Shown: one piece after another, positions 55,478 to 64,000 of the stretch
How the letters are laid out: each line of letters starts with the position of its first letter
Position numbering within the stretch: the stretch's first letter is position 1
From: an uncultured Candidatus Peribacteria bacterium
Lineage (GTDB): Bacteria; Patescibacteriota; Gracilibacteria; GCA-2401425
Direction: 5' to 3'
DNA length: 64,000 nucleotides
NCBI GenBank assembly: GCA_964466055.1
Contig: CAYXLW010000003.1
Span: 371-64,370, forward strand
The notes under the pieces: model-generated
What the model saw: the letters and a program-made list of their open reading frames with translations, nothing else
Told to the model about the DNA's origin: nothing
Database searches by the model: none
Made by a program: the position numbers and the translations under genes

Positions 55478-55950
55478 AATTTTATATGTTTGATATCATT
55501 CTTTGTCCACTCTAAAAACTTCAAGAAATCTTCCTTAAAAATTTCTAAAGTAAAATTATTATTAGGATGAAAATTTATTTTTTCATATGTTTCTAAGTTT
55601 TTATCAATAATAACTTGTATATCTTTATTTTTATCATAAATAATTCCAAAAGGTGAAACTGAGCCAGCTGTAACATTTAAATATTTCATTAATCTTTCAG
55701 AAGATGCAAGGCTTGATTTTTTCTCATTAAGCAATTTTTCTAATTGCTTTAAGTCTACCTTTTTATGATCTTCAATAATCACTAAATAATGATTGTCTTC
55801 CTTCTTATTCCTCAAAAATAAATTTTTAATTTTCCCACCTTTAAGATTAGGACAATATTTCCCAACTTCTTCATAACTATATACGGCATGATGTTAATAC
55901 TTTATGTATTTAATATTAAGTTCAGATAATACTTTATAAATATTCTCCAT
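55474..55950 (-). pseudogene. YbaK/ProX-type aminoacyl-tRNA deacylase interrupted by an in-frame TAA at codon 19 (55894..55896)
   Basis: ATG at 55950 gives MENIYKVLSELNIKYIKY-stop-HHAVYSYEEVGKYCPNLKGGKIKNLFLRNKK..., all in one frame with ORF 55474..55815. The C-terminal part has GSVSPFG and INFHPNNN patterns typical of the family. Confidence 0.6.
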
Positions 55951-55956
55951 ATATCT

Positions 55957-56514
55957 TTATAAATAAATTACATCATCAACTTTTTTATCATACTCACCCA
56001 TAGGGATTTCTTCTAAAATTTGGGAAGAGAAAGCTAGAGAAATTGTATTAATATTTTTTTCTAATTTTGATATTTTGTCTAAAAACCTATCATAATATCC
56101 ACCTCCTTGTCCTAATCTTTTTCCGTCATTGGTAAAAGCGATACCTGGGACAATTATTAAATCTAAGACCTCTGGAGATTTTTCTCCACCTAATTTTTCA
56201 TTAGGCTCATAGATTCCAAACTTAGATCTAGTAAAATTATCTAAATTCTCTACTTTATAAATTTTCAAGTTTTTATTAAATACTTTTGGGAAGTAAAAAG
56301 TTTTTTCTGTGTTTCTCTGAAATAATGTTAAAACATTGATTTCCCATTTTAGTGGATAAAAAAGCATAATATGTCTCGCATTTTTCCAGAGTACGGTTTG
56401 CTTAAGTTTATTACAAAGCAGAAGAGATTGATCTTCTCCTTTAAACTCCATGAGCTTCTCTTTAATATATTTTCTTAGCTCATCCTTTTTTATTTTAATA
56501 TTATTTTTCATCAA
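55957..56514 (-). CDS. 5-formyltetrahydrofolate cyclo-ligase
   Basis: IIVPGIAFTNDGKRLGQGGGYYDRFL is the family signature. Confidence 0.85.
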   Translation of the reverse strand: MMKNNIKIKKDELRKYIKEKLMEFKGEDQSLLLCNKLKQTVLWKNARHIMLFYPLKWEINVLTLFQRNTEKTFYFPKVFNKNLKIYKVENLDNFTRSKFGIYEPNEKLGGEKSPEVLDLIIVPGIAFTNDGKRLGQGGGYYDRFLDKISKLEKNINTISLAFSSQILEEIPMGEYDKKVDDVIYL

Positions 56515-57486
56515 TTATAACTTTAAAATCATTGTCTCAAGTGCTAATGCCAATGCCTTTTCGTTTTTATTAGATATAATAATTCCACCTGTTTTTATGC
56601 CAATATCAATATCTAAAAGTTTTTTATAAATTTTTTGTAATTCTTCAGAGGAGAAATTATTTACAAACTTAAATATCTTAGATGCAACAAATGGATGCAA
56701 TTTTAATTCTTTTATAAGAATATTTTTATCTACTTTCGGAAACTCTTTAGCAAGAATAAGAGTTCGAATTTGACCTATAATTGTAAAAAGCACTTGAATT
56801 AAACTCTCTCCTTTTTTAAGAATGTTGTTAAACTCTTTTAATGCCTTTTTTTTATTTTTTTCACTTATCGCGTCTATTAACTGAAAGATATTAAATGAAA
56901 CATCAGGAATGATAAGTTTTTCAATATCATTTTCAGAAATTGCTTTTTCTTTTCCTTTATATGCAATCAATTTATCAATTTCATTATTTATTTGCCAAAG
57001 ATTATTTCCTACATATTCTACAAAAAATTCTAATGCTGAAGGTAAAAAACTTCCCCCCTTTTCTTGGGCATTCTTATGAATCCATTTTTTTATCTCATAA
57101 TCACTTAAAGGTTTAAATTCTTCAATTTCAGCATGTTTTATAAATTTTTTATAAAAACTTGTTCTTTTGTCTGGATTAGCTTCTATAAATACAACTACAA
57201 AAGTTTCATCAATATTCTCTAATGTTGCTAAAATATTGTCTGATTTTTTGTCATCAATTTTATCTCCAACCTTAGGTGGGAGGTTTTTTATAAATATAAG
57301 TCGCTTTTCTGCTAGAAATGGCATACTTTCTAAGTCTGAGGTTATTTCTCCTGCAGTTAATTCTTGCCCGTCAAGTACAGAAATATTCATATCTCCATTG
57401 TATTTTTCAGAAAAAGCTTTTATCCATTTTTGCTTTTTTTCATCAATGAGAAATGTTTCTTCGCCTGTCCAGAAAAAGATAGACAT
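56515..57486 (-). CDS. holA: DNA polymerase III delta subunit
   Basis: Size and pattern fit (FFWTGEETFLIDE, ESMPFLAEKRLIF, FNIFQLIDAI, LHPFVASK). Confidence 0.7.
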   Translation of the reverse strand: MSIFFWTGEETFLIDEKKQKWIKAFSEKYNGDMNISVLDGQELTAGEITSDLESMPFLAEKRLIFIKNLPPKVGDKIDDKKSDNILATLENIDETFVVVFIEANPDKRTSFYKKFIKHAEIEEFKPLSDYEIKKWIHKNAQEKGGSFLPSALEFFVEYVGNNLWQINNEIDKLIAYKGKEKAISENDIEKLIIPDVSFNIFQLIDAISEKNKKKALKEFNNILKKGESLIQVLFTIIGQIRTLILAKEFPKVDKNILIKELKLHPFVASKIFKFVNNFSSEELQKIYKKLLDIDIGIKTGGIIISNKNEKALALALETMILKL

Positions 57487-57643
57487 AAAATAAAGAGAAA
57501 TTAAGTATGAACTAAGATAAAAATATAGAAAAAATGATGAAAAGTAAAAATTAAAGTTTGTATCAATAAAACAAATTTTACGCTACTTGAAAAATAATTA
57601 TAAAAAGTTAAAATTCTGTAACAAGAAACTAACTTTTTATTTT

Positions 57644-58276
57644 ATGGTAAATAATTCAACTAAAGATGGTAAAAACTGGGTATATTCAGATATTGTTAAA
57701 GATCATTTTTTCAATCCTAGGAATATTTTAAAAATTCCAGAAAATGAATATAAAGCGGATGGTATTGGATTTGTAGGCTCTCCAGAATGTGGAGATATGA
57801 TGAAAATCTGGATAAAAGTAAAAAATGATAAAATAGTAGATTGTAAATGGCAGACTTTCGGGTGTGCTTCCGCTATTAGCTCAACTTCTATGCTTTCTGA
57901 AATGGTAACAGAAAATGAAGGGATGGGGCTTGATGATGCAATGAATATAAATCCTAACGATATTGTGACAAGACTTGGAGGACTTCCAAATAAAAAAATT
58001 CATTGCTCAGTTCTTGGGGATAAAGCGTTAAGAGAAGCTATTAATGATTATTTTAGAAGATCTAAGCAAAACTATCGCATTAAAAGGAATAAGGAAACGA
58101 TTATTTGTAGTTGTATGAACGTTACAGATCATGATATAGAAGATTGTGTTTTAGAAAGAAAAGATACATTTAAGTTGGTTCAAAAGAAAACTAATTTGGG
58201 CATAGGCTGTGGAGGATGCCATGAAAGAGCAAAAGAATTAATTAAAGAGTATAGAAAAAAATATTTTGGGGAATAA
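57644..58276 (+). CDS. NifU/IscU-type Fe-S scaffold domain fused to a BFD-like [2Fe-2S] domain (start moved to ATG 57644)
   Basis: DHFFNPRN, GSPECGDMMKIWIKV, WQTFGCASAISS (scaffold cysteines), then IICSCMNVTDHDI...GCGGCHE (BFD-like). Confidence 0.85.
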   Translation: MVNNSTKDGKNWVYSDIVKDHFFNPRNILKIPENEYKADGIGFVGSPECGDMMKIWIKVKNDKIVDCKWQTFGCASAISSTSMLSEMVTENEGMGLDDAMNINPNDIVTRLGGLPNKKIHCSVLGDKALREAINDYFRRSKQNYRIKRNKETIICSCMNVTDHDIEDCVLERKDTFKLVQKKTNLGIGCGGCHERAKELIKEYRKKYFGE

Positions 58277-58380
58277 CTGTTTTTTGATATCGAAAGTCAG
58301 AATTGTCTCACATTAGCTTCTTGAGCTTGCCCCTAATTTTAAAAATGATAAAGTATCAAGTGTAATTAAAAATTATTTCT

Positions 58381-59682
58381 ATGAAGAAATTAATATTTCT
58401 AATCCCAATTTTGTTTGTAATAACATCTTGTGGTTTTACTTACACGGAATTTGAAGATCCCATAGAAGACAGGCTTATGGAGTCCACAAGTGATTTGAAA
58501 GAAGTTGAGTTAGAAGGATTTCTTAAATCTCAAGAAATTAGTGTTACAAGCAAATTTACACATGCTTTATATAATGAAAACAGTGAAATAATAAGTAAGA
58601 TAAAAAGTTCAAAGTTATCGTTAGTTCCGTACGAAGAATTAAAAGTTAAGGTAAAAGGGCGATATGAAGTATTAAATGATGGAGAAAAAGTTTTAGAAGT
58701 TTATGAGATTGAGGAAATTGTAGAAGACACAAGCCCTTTTTCAGAAGAAGAAATCTTATGGAAAAAGTACAAAGAGACAGACTCATTATTTTCATTTGAA
58801 TATCCTGAAATTTGGAAAATTGTACGTGCGAACAAAGTTACATATCTTAAAAAAGATAATGATAATATAGTGAAAATTACAGGGCTTCAAAATCCTAATA
58901 ATGCACCAGTTTCTACTTTTGTTTCAGGAGAACATCAAGAAGTTACTATTAATGGCACTGTTGCACTAAAACAAACAAAAGAAAATGGTTTTGATCTTTA
59001 TTTAAAAGCTCCTGAGACTATTATAAAAATAAGTTTCAATGCAGATAAAGCTGATGAACAAAGAGAAACATATTTCTATTCTTTTTTAGAATCATTTAGT
59101 TTTTCTGAAAATTCTAAAGAATTACAGAAATGCGGAGGTTCTGAAAATATTTTGTGTTCAGAAGGATTTAGGTGTGAACTGACAAGGGGTAATAGTGGAG
59201 TTTGTATTGATATAACATCAACGGATACAGAATATGAAGAATTTGGTACTTTCACTGAAGATAAAGAGGAAATAAAGAAATCAGAAAATATAGAAATTGA
59301 TATGCCAGAAGAAAAAGTAAATGAAAAAGTTCTTCTTGAAGATATTAATTTTGATGATGGCAGACTATATGAGAACAAATATATGAACTTTTCTCTTCAA
59401 TATCCTAAAAGCTGGTGGTTTAAAAGCTTTGGTACAAAAGAAGGAAGTTTATGGCATATTGAGTTTGCAGAAAAAGAGATTGAAAATATTGGAGATGGTA
59501 TTATCATGGTAGATGTAAAAAGTGGAGTGCAAAAATTAACAATAAAGGAAGATGGGGGGAAAACAACAATTTTATTGCCAAAAAATTCAAACTCATACTT
59601 AGAAATTACTGGATACTCTGATCAATCTGAAAATATAAGAAAAATAGCTAGTTCCTTTGTTGAAAATTTAGAAAGTAATTAG
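58381..59682 (+). CDS. hypothetical lipoprotein (433 aa)
   Basis: Lipobox: MKKLIFLIPILFVITSCG. Confidence 0.6.
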   Translation: MKKLIFLIPILFVITSCGFTYTEFEDPIEDRLMESTSDLKEVELEGFLKSQEISVTSKFTHALYNENSEIISKIKSSKLSLVPYEELKVKVKGRYEVLNDGEKVLEVYEIEEIVEDTSPFSEEEILWKKYKETDSLFSFEYPEIWKIVRANKVTYLKKDNDNIVKITGLQNPNNAPVSTFVSGEHQEVTINGTVALKQTKENGFDLYLKAPETIIKISFNADKADEQRETYFYSFLESFSFSENSKELQKCGGSENILCSEGFRCELTRGNSGVCIDITSTDTEYEEFGTFTEDKEEIKKSENIEIDMPEEKVNEKVLLEDINFDDGRLYENKYMNFSLQYPKSWWFKSFGTKEGSLWHIEFAEKEIENIGDGIIMVDVKSGVQKLTIKEDGGKTTILLPKNSNSYLEITGYSDQSENIRKIASSFVENLESN

Positions 59683-59817
59683 GTAAAAATTTATTTATAA
59701 TATGAATTATGAGGAAGCTTATAAATAAAGGATTAATTAAGAAAGCCTAAAACCTAATTCCCTAAAGTCTGTATATTAAAATATAAAATTCTAATTTTAA
59801 TTCTTAATTTTTTACTT

Positions 59818-60156
59818 ATGTTTGGAAAATTTATTGCGGGGTTACTTGGGGGAACGGCACTTGGGTTATTGTTTGCAAAGAAAAAGGGGGAAAGTCTTCG
59901 TGACCAACTTAAAGGGAAAAGTACAAAAGAGGTTGCTAGAATTTTAGGGGAAGAGATTTTAGAAGCGGGGAAAAATGTTGGTGAAACAGTAAAAGAATTA
60001 ACACAGTCAAAAGGAGCTAAAAAATTGAAGGAAAAAGCAGGTAGAGCTATTAAGCAAACTGCAAAAAAAGTTGAAGATGCTATGACAAAGGAGACAAAAA
60101 AAACAGTAAAAAGAGTTGTAAAAAAGAAATCGAAAAAAACTTCTGATAAGAATTAA
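59818..60156 (+). CDS. YtxH-like protein
   Basis: FIAGLLGGTALGLLFAKKKGESLRDQLKG followed by a lysine-rich helical tail. Confidence 0.55.
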   Translation: MFGKFIAGLLGGTALGLLFAKKKGESLRDQLKGKSTKEVARILGEEILEAGKNVGETVKELTQSKGAKKLKEKAGRAIKQTAKKVEDAMTKETKKTVKRVVKKKSKKTSDKN

Positions 60157-60248
60157 GCATTTTAGATTTTCATATTATGGCATGAACCATATTTATGTGT
60201 TTCATGTGTTGTGATAGTCAATAATTTTTAGCTTTTTAATTTAATATT

Positions 60249-61856
60249 GTGATACAGAAAAAAATTATTTTCGTAACAGGTGGAGTTTGTTCTTCCTTAG
60301 GAAAGGGGATTGCTTCTGCTTCTATTGGAACAATTCTTACAAATGCAGGATACTCTGTATTTACTCAGAAGCTTGATCCTTATTTAAATATTGATCCAGG
60401 AACAATGTCTCCATTTCAGCATGGAGAAGTTTTTGTGACTGACGATGGAGCTGAAACTGATCTTGATCTTGGTCATTATGAAAGGTTTATAGATGTGCCA
60501 CTTTCTAAATTATCAACAGTAACAACAGGAGTTGTTTATAAGAAAGTTTTAGAACAAGAGCGTAGGGGCGATTTTAATGGTTCAACTATCCAAGTTGTTC
60601 CACATATTACAAATGAAATCAAAAATTGTGTAACTGAAGCACAAAGAGAGTCAGGTGCAGATATTATAATTGTGGAAATTGGAGGTACAGTTGGGGACAT
60701 TGAAGGAGAGCCTTTTTTAGAAGCAGTTAGACAGCTTAGGCAAGAAAGAGGGAAAGACAATGTTCTTTCTATTCATCTTACACTTTTACCATATTTAGCT
60801 GGTTCAAAAGAACTTAAAACAAAACCAACTCAACTTTCTGTTAAAGAAATGAGAAGATCTGGTATTCATCCTGATATTATACTTGCACGCGCTGATAAAA
60901 AAATTGATAAAGAATTATTAATAAAAATTTCAAATTTTTGTGATATTGACGAAGAAGCTGTTATCCCTGCACCTACACTAGACTCAATTTATAAAGTTCC
61001 CTTAGAGTTTGAAAAATATAAAATTTCGGAAATTATCCAGAAGAAATTAAATTTAGAAGTTAGAATCCCAGACTTATCTGCATGGGAAAGAGTTAAAGAA
61101 AAATTGGAAAATGTTACAGATGAGGTAAAAATTGGACTTGCCGGTAAATATACGGGATTAGACGATGCTTATCTTTCTGTTATTGAGGCTATTAAAACAG
61201 CGGGATATGATTTTGATAAAAAAATCTCGCTTGTTTGGATAAATACTGAAAAACTAGAAAAGGGAGATGAAAAAGAAAGTGAAAAATTAGAGAATGTTGA
61301 TGGGATTATAGTTCCTGGAGGATTTGGGACCAGAGGGATTGAGGGGAAAATTATGGTTGCTAAATATGCACGTGAAAACAAAATTCCATATTTAGGTCTT
61401 TGTTTAGGGTCACAAATTATGGCGATTGAACTTGCTCGACATGTTGCAAAAATTGAAGGTGCGACAAGTGAAGAATTTGATAATAATGCGACTCATAAAA
61501 TAGTACATTTTCTTCCAGGGCAATCTACTAAAAGTCATTTAGGAGGAACTCTTCGTTTAGGGTCTTATCCATGTGTGTTGAAAAAAGGGACGAAAGCATT
61601 TGATGCTTATCAAGAAAAAGAGGTTCATGAAAGGCATCGTCATCGTTATGAGTTTAATAATAAATATAAAGATCAACTAGAAAAAGCTGGATTGGTTATT
61701 TCTGGAGTTTCTCCTGATGGGAATTTGATGGAGATTGTGGAAATAAAAGATCATCCTTTTATGCTTGGATCTCAGTTTCATCCTGAATTTAAATCTAGGC
61801 CTGTTAGATCTCATCCTTTGTTTAAGGCTTTTATGAAAGCTGTTGTAAACAAATAG
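60249..61856 (+). CDS. pyrG: CTP synthase (GTG start per track)
   Basis: KIIFVTGGVCSSLGKGI, GTMSPFQHGEVFVTDDGAETDLDLGHYERF, GLCLGSQ (GATase Cys), HRHRYEFN. Confidence 0.97.
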   Translation: MIQKKIIFVTGGVCSSLGKGIASASIGTILTNAGYSVFTQKLDPYLNIDPGTMSPFQHGEVFVTDDGAETDLDLGHYERFIDVPLSKLSTVTTGVVYKKVLEQERRGDFNGSTIQVVPHITNEIKNCVTEAQRESGADIIIVEIGGTVGDIEGEPFLEAVRQLRQERGKDNVLSIHLTLLPYLAGSKELKTKPTQLSVKEMRRSGIHPDIILARADKKIDKELLIKISNFCDIDEEAVIPAPTLDSIYKVPLEFEKYKISEIIQKKLNLEVRIPDLSAWERVKEKLENVTDEVKIGLAGKYTGLDDAYLSVIEAIKTAGYDFDKKISLVWINTEKLEKGDEKESEKLENVDGIIVPGGFGTRGIEGKIMVAKYARENKIPYLGLCLGSQIMAIELARHVAKIEGATSEEFDNNATHKIVHFLPGQSTKSHLGGTLRLGSYPCVLKKGTKAFDAYQEKEVHERHRHRYEFNNKYKDQLEKAGLVISGVSPDGNLMEIVEIKDHPFMLGSQFHPEFKSRPVRSHPLFKAFMKAVVNK

Positions 61857-61867
61857 CAATAAAAATA

Positions 61868-61891
61868 GTCATTCCGACTTGTTCGGAATCT
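61868..61891. repeat. REP-like hairpin element GTCATTCCGA-CTTGT-TCGGAATCT, 12 nt after the pyrG stop
   Basis: Reverse-orientation copy of 4536..4559 with 1 mismatch. Confidence 0.75.
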
Positions 61892-62036
61892 TATTTATAA
61901 CAACTTACTAACTGCAGTGATGTATGTTTATTTTTGTCTTTCTTCTTAATTGCTTATTAAACGCATTGTATAAGTTTCAAACATTTTAAGAAAGAGGTGC
62001 TTTGCAAGACACCTCTTCCCACATAAATATGCATTC

Positions 62037-62240
62037 CTAATATCGAGGCATTACCGTTGTATTGTGACCAGTTGGAGCAAGAAGTTCTGCTGTGTTTCTA
62101 TTAGTTGTATGTCCGATTTCAAGTAAAGGTTGACCTACATTAATTAAAGGGTTTTTTTCTATGGGGGTGCCTAATCTTCTGTCTTTATTTGCAGGTGCTG
62201 TTTCTCGTGGATCAACTCCTGTTTTTTCTATTGTTTTCAT
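62037..62240 (-). CDS. hypothetical small protein (67 aa)
   Basis: ORF with locally higher G+C than its surroundings. It is followed on the minus strand by the hairpin AGAGGTG-TCTTGCAAAG-CACCTCT. No motif. Confidence 0.35.
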   Translation of the reverse strand: MKTIEKTGVDPRETAPANKDRRLGTPIEKNPLINVGQPLLEIGHTTNRNTAELLAPTGHNTTVMPRY

Positions 62241-62266
62241 AATTTAAAAATTAAAATATAAATAAA

Positions 62267-62475
62267 ATAATAAGTTATAAAAAAAATCCCTCTTTGCTTA
62301 TTTATTTGCGAAGAAGGTTGAGGGATTATTATTTTTTTCCTAAAAACCTTCTCCGCGGATAATGAGGAGAATAGAAATGATAATAATGAGAATAATTAGC
62401 CCTACTATTTTAATAGTATTTTTTTTAATGCCTTTGTTTTCCATATATGATGGGAACATCAAAATTGGGGTTAAT
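62267..62475. repeat. direct repeat unit 1 (period 251 bp) containing small peptide gene 1
   Basis: The first 58 nt are identical to 62518..62575. The rest is diverged but alignable. Confidence 0.85.
62340..62459 (-). CDS. small single-TM peptide (39 aa) MFPSYMENKGIKKNTIKIVGLIILIIIISILLIIRGEGF
   Basis: Not in the ORF track. Paralog of 62593..62712. The reading frame and C-terminal IRGEGF-stop are conserved despite nucleotide divergence. Confidence 0.45.
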   Translation of the reverse strand: MFPSYMENKGIKKNTIKIVGLIILIIIISILLIIRGEGF

Positions 62476-62517
62476 AGTATAATTTTTATTTGTTGTCTGC
62501 GACTACTTTTCTCTGAG

Positions 62518-62731
62518 ATAATAAGTTATAAAAAAAATCCCTCTTTGCTTATTTATTTGCGAAGAAGGTTGAGGGGTTGTCTATTATTTTTCCTAAAAAC
62601 CTTCTCCGCGAATGAGTAGCAGAATAGAAGAAATAATAATAGAAATTACAATTAACCCTATTGTTTGAATAGTATTTTTTTCAATGCCTTTGCTTTCCAC
62701 AAATGGGAACATTAAGGATGTATAGGGTTAA
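62518..62731. repeat. direct repeat unit 2 containing small peptide gene 2
   Basis: See unit 1. Confidence 0.85.
62593..62712 (-). CDS. small single-TM peptide (39 aa) MFPFVESKGIEKNTIQTIGLIVISIIISSILLLIRGEGF
   Basis: Same length and architecture as the paralog. A near-consensus promoter lies upstream. Confidence 0.45.
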   Translation of the reverse strand: MFPFVESKGIEKNTIQTIGLIVISIIISSILLLIRGEGF

Positions 62732-62744
62732 TTAATCTTTGCAT

Positions 62745-62773
62745 ATCGTAAGAATCTTAATTCCTGTTGTCAA
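62745..62773 (-). promoter_or_regulatory. putative promoter TTGACA-N17-TACGAT for small peptide gene 2
   Basis: Hexamers read on the minus strand, ~35 nt upstream of ATG 62712. Confidence 0.5.
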
Positions 62774-62887
62774 GTAAAAAATAAATTTTTTGTTCAAGAA
62801 ACAGTATTAATGTAGTTTTTATTTATATAATTCTTATTATTAATTTAATTTATTTACTCAATTTATCTTAAACTATGATATTATTAA

Positions 62888-63976
62888 TCATTGATGAGTA
62901 CGTACATATACGTTCATTTCTGTCTCAATATCATGAATATGCTTATCATTGAGTGTTGAATATTTTTCTCTCATATCAGCAATGAAACTATTATAAGCAT
63001 CAACATCATCTTCTTTCTTAAGAAAGACCTTTAATAGTGAATTAAAAATCGACTCTACTTCCTCTTCAGGTGCAAAATCTATAATAAACTTCTTAATATC
63101 TTTCTCTTTTTGAATTCTTTTATCTTCCTGTATTATATTATTAAGTGGTAATTTAATTAACTCTGCATGATATGGGTCATTAGCTTGTAGTAAAGCCAGT
63201 TTTCCTGGAATATCATTCCACATTTGCCATACTTTTAGAAGAATGTAATTATTAGAAACTTCATAAAAATTATTTTCTTTAGGATTACAATGATCACAAA
63301 TTAGATCTTTAGGAATCCGTACATAATAATAATGATCTTTTGTTTCAACGTTTTCATGTTTAGTTTGGAATAACACTGGTGTTTGCTTATATTCAGATCT
63401 AATTCCTAGTTTTTCTAAATAAGCACATACTATAACTGATATGTAGCCACAAACAAATTCAAATTCTTTTTGGTTTATCTTTTCGGTAACTTTCTGAATT
63501 TTATTTCCATTTCCAGGATTTTCTCCACAAATCATATCAATTATACTATCTGTTACTTCTGCAATATTTTCTAGCTCGAAAGGCTTGTTTTTACCTTCTT
63601 TTAATTTCTTTTTATAAGATAGCTTGTTGTATAGAAAATTTGCCCAATATTCGGAGCTTGAAACCCCTTTTTTGAATACTTCTTCAATTAAAAGTCTTAT
63701 ATTGCTTATTAATTTTTCAATTGTGATTCTTTCTTCTCCAAAACTATCTATCCCATTTCTAGAACAAAAATCTTCCAAAGAAAAAGTTTCTTCTTGCTGT
63801 TCTTGGCAAGCCTTTTTTACAGTATTTCTAACTGTATCAATGGAAAAATTAAACAATTCTTTTTCTGGTTTTCCTGATTTTTCTAAAAATTTTTTAATTT
63901 CGAGTCTTGATCCTTCCTCAAGATGAATTTCTGTAATTCCATCATTTACAAACGCTTCCTTAAAATCAATTGTCAT
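62888..63976 (-). CDS. hypothetical protein (362 aa)
   Basis: Long ORF with no confidently recognisable motif. Confidence 0.55.
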   Translation of the reverse strand: MTIDFKEAFVNDGITEIHLEEGSRLEIKKFLEKSGKPEKELFNFSIDTVRNTVKKACQEQQEETFSLEDFCSRNGIDSFGEERITIEKLISNIRLLIEEVFKKGVSSSEYWANFLYNKLSYKKKLKEGKNKPFELENIAEVTDSIIDMICGENPGNGNKIQKVTEKINQKEFEFVCGYISVIVCAYLEKLGIRSEYKQTPVLFQTKHENVETKDHYYYVRIPKDLICDHCNPKENNFYEVSNNYILLKVWQMWNDIPGKLALLQANDPYHAELIKLPLNNIIQEDKRIQKEKDIKKFIIDFAPEEEVESIFNSLLKVFLKKEDDVDAYNSFIADMREKYSTLNDKHIHDIETEMNVYVRTHQ

Positions 63977-64000
63977 AAAAATTAAATATAGGGTAATTAA

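Noticed and set aside
62362-62619. 85-aa plus-strand ORF across the tandem repeat
   Set aside because: It spans two repeat units antisense to the conserved small peptide ORFs and runs through their terminator hairpins. The minus-strand 39-aa ORFs, which keep frame and length between units, are the better explanation.
62888-63976. Possible transglutaminase/papain-like Cys-His-Asp core (FVCGYISVIVCAYLEKLGI ... KDHYYY) in the 362-aa protein
   Set aside because: The pattern is too short and degenerate to support a call without a profile or structure search. The protein is left as hypothetical.

Overview
This is a visibly AT-rich bacterial chromosomal segment, densely coding and dominated by housekeeping genes. 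Recognised genes include glyA, gltX, ftsK, the class III ribonucleotide reductase genes nrdD/nrdG, trxA, rpsB, and the yidC-rnpA-rpmH cluster. Also present are murI, ndk, murB, comEC, pdxS/pdxT, recA-lexA, mraY, rplA, and the infA-rpmJ-rpsM-rpsK-rpsD-rpoA-rplQ operon followed by rplM-rpsI, plus holA, a nifU/iscU-like gene and pyrG. Two tRNAs (Arg-CCU, Leu-UAA) are present. I saw no rRNA, CRISPR array, transposase or integrase. The genetic code looks standard: TGA, TAA and TAG all terminate conserved genes. Gene content and style suggest a small-genome, CPR/Patescibacteria-like organism, but that is inference only. The supporting features are a 1611-aa surface protein rich in lamin-tail domains, extended ribosomal proteins, weak Shine-Dalgarno usage and patchy biosynthesis. 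The most interesting observations follow. (1) nrdD is cut by a single in-frame TAA, so the glycyl-radical motif lies on a separate 69-aa ORF. (2) At least five genes are disrupted (8-bp duplication frameshift, G9-tract frameshift, two in-frame TAA stops, a truncated mutS), suggesting either a mismatch-repair-deficient decaying lineage or assembly errors. (3) An AroQ chorismate-mutase domain is fused to a TrpE/PabB-type enzyme. (4) An ~80-bp MITE-like element with 14-bp terminal inverted repeats occurs three times, and one copy supplies the comEC stop codon. (5) A hairpin repeat family has conserved flanks and covarying stems. (6) A 251-bp-period tandem pair of 39-aa single-TM peptide genes carries an identical 3' hairpin region and resembles type I toxins. 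No clearly defined novel multi-gene system could be established from sequence alone.
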